Shown piece after piece: positions 61,252 to 64,000 of a DNA stretch of 64,000 nt. The notes beneath the pieces are model-generated. The model had not been told where the DNA came from. It saw nothing but the letters and a program-made list of their open reading frames with translations, and ran no database searches. Each line of letters starts with the position of its first letter. Position 1 is the stretch's first letter. Origin of the DNA: an uncultured Candidatus Entotheonella sp. (GTDB taxonomy: Bacteria > Tectomicrobia > Entotheonellia > Entotheonellales > Entotheonellaceae). The stretch covers positions 480,001-544,000 of the forward strand of contig OZ244252.1 of the NCBI GenBank assembly GCA_965217185.1, in the 5' to 3' direction. The translations under genes were made by a program, and so were the position numbers.

Positions 61252-62280
61252 TTAGTTCCGCTGATAAATCTGCAGCCGGTGCCGGTTCGTCTCCGCGACG
61301 TACAGCCGATTGTCTGCGTCCACCTTGACCGAAACCGGTCCCCAGAAGTAGGGCTCGATCTGCGAAGAAATTTGGTAGGGCGTTTCGAGGTGCGACGGTA
61401 AAGACGGCGTCAAGTCGGCTATCTCCCGCGTTTCCTTCTCGTCGGGGTTGACCGCAAAAAACTCCGCGGCCCACTTCGACAGCGTCGCCTGGCCCCGCAA
61501 CAGTTGCTGGAAACTGCCGTCCGGTCTCAGCACCTGTACCCGTTCGTTGCCCCAGTCCGCCACGTAGATGTTGGCGTCCGCGTCCACCGCCACGCCGGAG
61601 GGTCGGCTGAGTTGGCCGTCGCCGTCACCCGAGTTGCCGAACGACGTTACAAACGTCCCGTCGTCGGTAAATTTCTGGATACGGTCGTTTCGCCAATCGG
61701 CCACGTATACGTGGCCGTCCGCGGCGCATAGCCCCCACGGCATGTTGAACTGCCCGTTGCCGGCGCCCTTCTCGCCCCACTGGCCCACGTACTGACCGTC
61801 TTTCGTGAATTTCTGGATGCGGTGATTGTTCTGGTCCGCGATATACACGTTGTCGTCGGCGTCAATGGCAATGCCGGCTGGCCCGTTCACTTGTCCGTCG
61901 CCGCTGCCCATCGCGCCCCACTTGCCCAGGAAAGTCCCGGACGTGTCGAAAATCGATATCCGGTGGAGATGCTCGTCCGTGACGTACAGCCGCTCCTGGC
62001 TGTCCAACGCCATCGCCACTGGCAGTCCAAACTGGCCGTCACCGTCTCCAAACCCGTTGCCGAACTCGCCCAGGTATTCCTCATTGAGATTGCAAATGCC
62101 GATCCGAATGGCCGCCGCCCGTGCCGGGTCGCAGCGGTTCAGCACGAAGATGCGGCCGGCGCGGCTCACCACCACGTCGTGCGGGTTGGCAAAACCGCGA
62201 CCGTTATCGCCGTTGTTCACGATGCCGATGGTCTTGAGGTATGCCATCGTCACGCCCTGCATCACGCCTTGCGTACTCAC
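61252..62280 (-). CDS. NHL-repeat beta-propeller protein
   Basis: Repeated G.GDGQF..P.G.A.D...YVADW.N.RIQ.F units. Confidence 0.92.
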   Translation of the reverse strand: MSTQGVMQGVTMAYLKTIGIVNNGDNGRGFANPHDVVVSRAGRIFVLNRCDPARAAAIRIGICNLNEEYLGEFGNGFGDGDGQFGLPVAMALDSQERLYVTDEHLHRISIFDTSGTFLGKWGAMGSGDGQVNGPAGIAIDADDNVYIADQNNHRIQKFTKDGQYVGQWGEKGAGNGQFNMPWGLCAADGHVYVADWRNDRIQKFTDDGTFVTSFGNSGDGDGQLSRPSGVAVDADANIYVADWGNERVQVLRPDGSFQQLLRGQATLSKWAAEFFAVNPDEKETREIADLTPSLPSHLETPYQISSQIEPYFWGPVSVKVDADNRLYVAETNRHRLQIYQRN

Positions 62281-62302
62281 GCCTCAACCTCCCTTTTGAT
62301 AT

Positions 62303-62338
62303 AAAAACGGGCGGGCTGTAAAAATCAAGGCCCGCCCG
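62303..62338 (-). terminator. Probable intrinsic terminator after the DUF1800 gene
   Basis: CGGGCGGGC/GCCCGCCCG stem followed by TTTTT on the minus strand. Confidence 0.6.
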
Positions 62339-62348
62339 CTACACGCCA

Positions 62349-63767
62349 TTACGCCAACTGATATTCCCGGGTCGAGGCGATGACCCGTAGCACGTTGCTG
62401 ACCCGCTGCTCCGCGGCGTCGCCCGGCTGATGCCCGCTGAGGTTCAGCGCGCCGCCGCCCGCCGCGGCGAAGTCCACCAGCGCCGTGCGTGTGTCGTCCT
62501 CAACCGCTACCGGCCCCAGCAAATCCAGGCACTGGCCGACAAGCTGCTCAGGTGTCAGCACACCGCCGTTCTCGGCGGCCAGACGGTCGATGATGGCCCG
62601 CACACCCGGTTTGTCCAGGTTGCTCAGCTCATGCGCTACGAAGTTGACCCGCTCGACCAGCGAACCGCTGTCGACCCACTCCATGCCTTCGTGCCAGCCT
62701 TCGACGGACGGCGGCTGCAACAGGCCCTGCCCCATGAAGAAACCCTGATAGGCCAGTTGGTGCACGCCCAGGGTCGGGGCACGGTAACTACCGGCCTGCC
62801 GGATAGCGCCCACCAGAAGCTCCACGGGCCCCTTCACCCGCGCATAACGCGCCTTTTCGGACGTGAAATAATCCGACAGGAACAGCGTCCGCAGCACCGC
62901 GCGGATTTCGTAGCCGGAGTCGAAGTACGATTGCATCATCGCCTCGATCACCTGCTCGCCATCGCCATCCACCTCATCGGCGGCGAAGAACTGGAACAAC
63001 CGGGTGCAGACGAAACGCGCCGTTGCCTGCTGACGGGCGATGATGCCGATGATGTCCTCACCGTTGAAATTGCCTGTCTCGCCCAGGAACGTCTTCTCAC
63101 CTTCGTCGTGGTCCCAGTCGCGGTACTGGAAGTGCCAGGCGATACGGCTGTACGGCCAGATCGAATCCTTGCTGGCGCGCATCGCCATATACTCGGCATT
63201 GCCCAGCGTCCAGCCGGTGAAGGCGCGGGAGCACTGCTTGATGTCATCTTCCGTGTAGTTGCCGATGCCCATGGAGAATAGTTCGAGCAATTCACGCCCG
63301 TAGTTCTCGTTAATGGCGCCATTGTGGTTATCGGTGTTGTCCAGCCACAACAGCATCGCCGGGTCCTTGGACAACTCCACCAGCAGGTTGTCGAAACGCC
63401 CCAGGCCGTGGTTCCGGAACATGTCGATCTGATTGAGCAGGGCTCTCGCCTGATTCAGCTTGCTGTAACCGGTGGCGAACAGCCCGTGCCAAAACAGGGC
63501 GATCTTTTCTTCCAGCGGGCACTTGGTCGTGATCATGCGGTACAGCCAATTGGCGCCCGCGCCGTCCAACTGCCGCAGTTCGGATTGATCCACATGGTAA
63601 CGCCGGATGATGTCATCAGGCATCACCTCTGGGTCGCCGGGATTGAGCAGTTCGTCCACCGTTGCCGTGTAGCCCTGCGCGGCGTAAGCCTCAAGCTCGT
63701 CCCGCGTGGCTCCAAAGCCGGCGCGACGCATCAGGTGGGCAAGAAGCGCAAAATCCTGATTACTCAT
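62349..63767 (-). CDS. DUF1800 domain protein
   Basis: HLMRRAGFG, NENYGRELLELFSMG, RAFTGW, PPSVEGW, EYQLA. Confidence 0.92.
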   Translation of the reverse strand: MSNQDFALLAHLMRRAGFGATRDELEAYAAQGYTATVDELLNPGDPEVMPDDIIRRYHVDQSELRQLDGAGANWLYRMITTKCPLEEKIALFWHGLFATGYSKLNQARALLNQIDMFRNHGLGRFDNLLVELSKDPAMLLWLDNTDNHNGAINENYGRELLELFSMGIGNYTEDDIKQCSRAFTGWTLGNAEYMAMRASKDSIWPYSRIAWHFQYRDWDHDEGEKTFLGETGNFNGEDIIGIIARQQATARFVCTRLFQFFAADEVDGDGEQVIEAMMQSYFDSGYEIRAVLRTLFLSDYFTSEKARYARVKGPVELLVGAIRQAGSYRAPTLGVHQLAYQGFFMGQGLLQPPSVEGWHEGMEWVDSGSLVERVNFVAHELSNLDKPGVRAIIDRLAAENGGVLTPEQLVGQCLDLLGPVAVEDDTRTALVDFAAAGGGALNLSGHQPGDAAEQRVSNVLRVIASTREYQLA

Positions 63768-63820
63768 GTTCCTGTCTCCTTATTTCGTGCATCGGCGGAT
63801 TGGCCGTCTTGGAGGGCTTC

Positions 63821-64000
63821 TTACGCAGCCGCCGGTTTGAGGAAATCGAACTGCTCGAAATGACCGTTGACGATCGGCGCGGATTCCAGCCCCATCCACT
63901 GCTCCAGCAGGGTGGCGTAGGTGCAGCGGAAATCGTTGTTGAAGTGCAGATCGCCTTCGAGCTGGTCTTTTTCTTCCAGGGAGGGGTACTCGCCGTACAT
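63821..64000 (-). CDS. DUF1501 domain protein, C-terminal fragment (5' end outside window)
   Basis: YGEYPSL...GDLHFNNDFRCTYATLLEQWMG; usual partner of DUF1800. Confidence 0.82.
   Translation of the reverse strand: MYGEYPSLEEKDQLEGDLHFNNDFRCTYATLLEQWMGLESAPIVNGHFEQFDFLKPAAA

Noticed and set aside
61252..62280. Repetitive DNA pattern as a possible CRISPR or tandem array
   Set aside because: Explained by NHL protein repeats; no constant repeat-spacer structure seen anywhere in the window

Overview
GC-rich bacterial chromosomal segment; the host cannot be assigned from sequence alone. A metabolic and transport backbone (peptide ABC and TRAP transporters, two different LeuC/LeuD-family dehydratase pairs, molybdopterin oxidoreductase, carotenoid oxygenase, formamidase, SDRs, haloacetate dehalogenase, DUF1800/DUF1501) is interrupted by two accessory blocks. 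Block 1 (~17.6-26.4 kb) is bracketed by two diverged copies of a HEPN-3'-end/MNT segment. It carries a TPR / atypical J-domain (PPE instead of HPD) / long GrpE / Hsp70 operon, a RelE/HigB-type toxin whose antitoxin is fused to a tandem-duplicated unknown domain, and a frameshifted membrane J-protein. Block 2 (~29.5-45.7 kb) is a defence island. It holds a five-gene BREX-related operon (DUF499 ATPase, compact PglZ, DUF1156 methylase split by a 112-bp MITE, unknown protein, SNF2 helicase), an intact yefM-yoeB, and a type II R-M pair in which each gene is interrupted by its own IS with visible TIRs and TSDs. Several TA modules or remnants and REP-like palindromes are scattered through the window. 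No rRNA, tRNA or CRISPR array was seen. All product calls come from motif recognition, not database searches.
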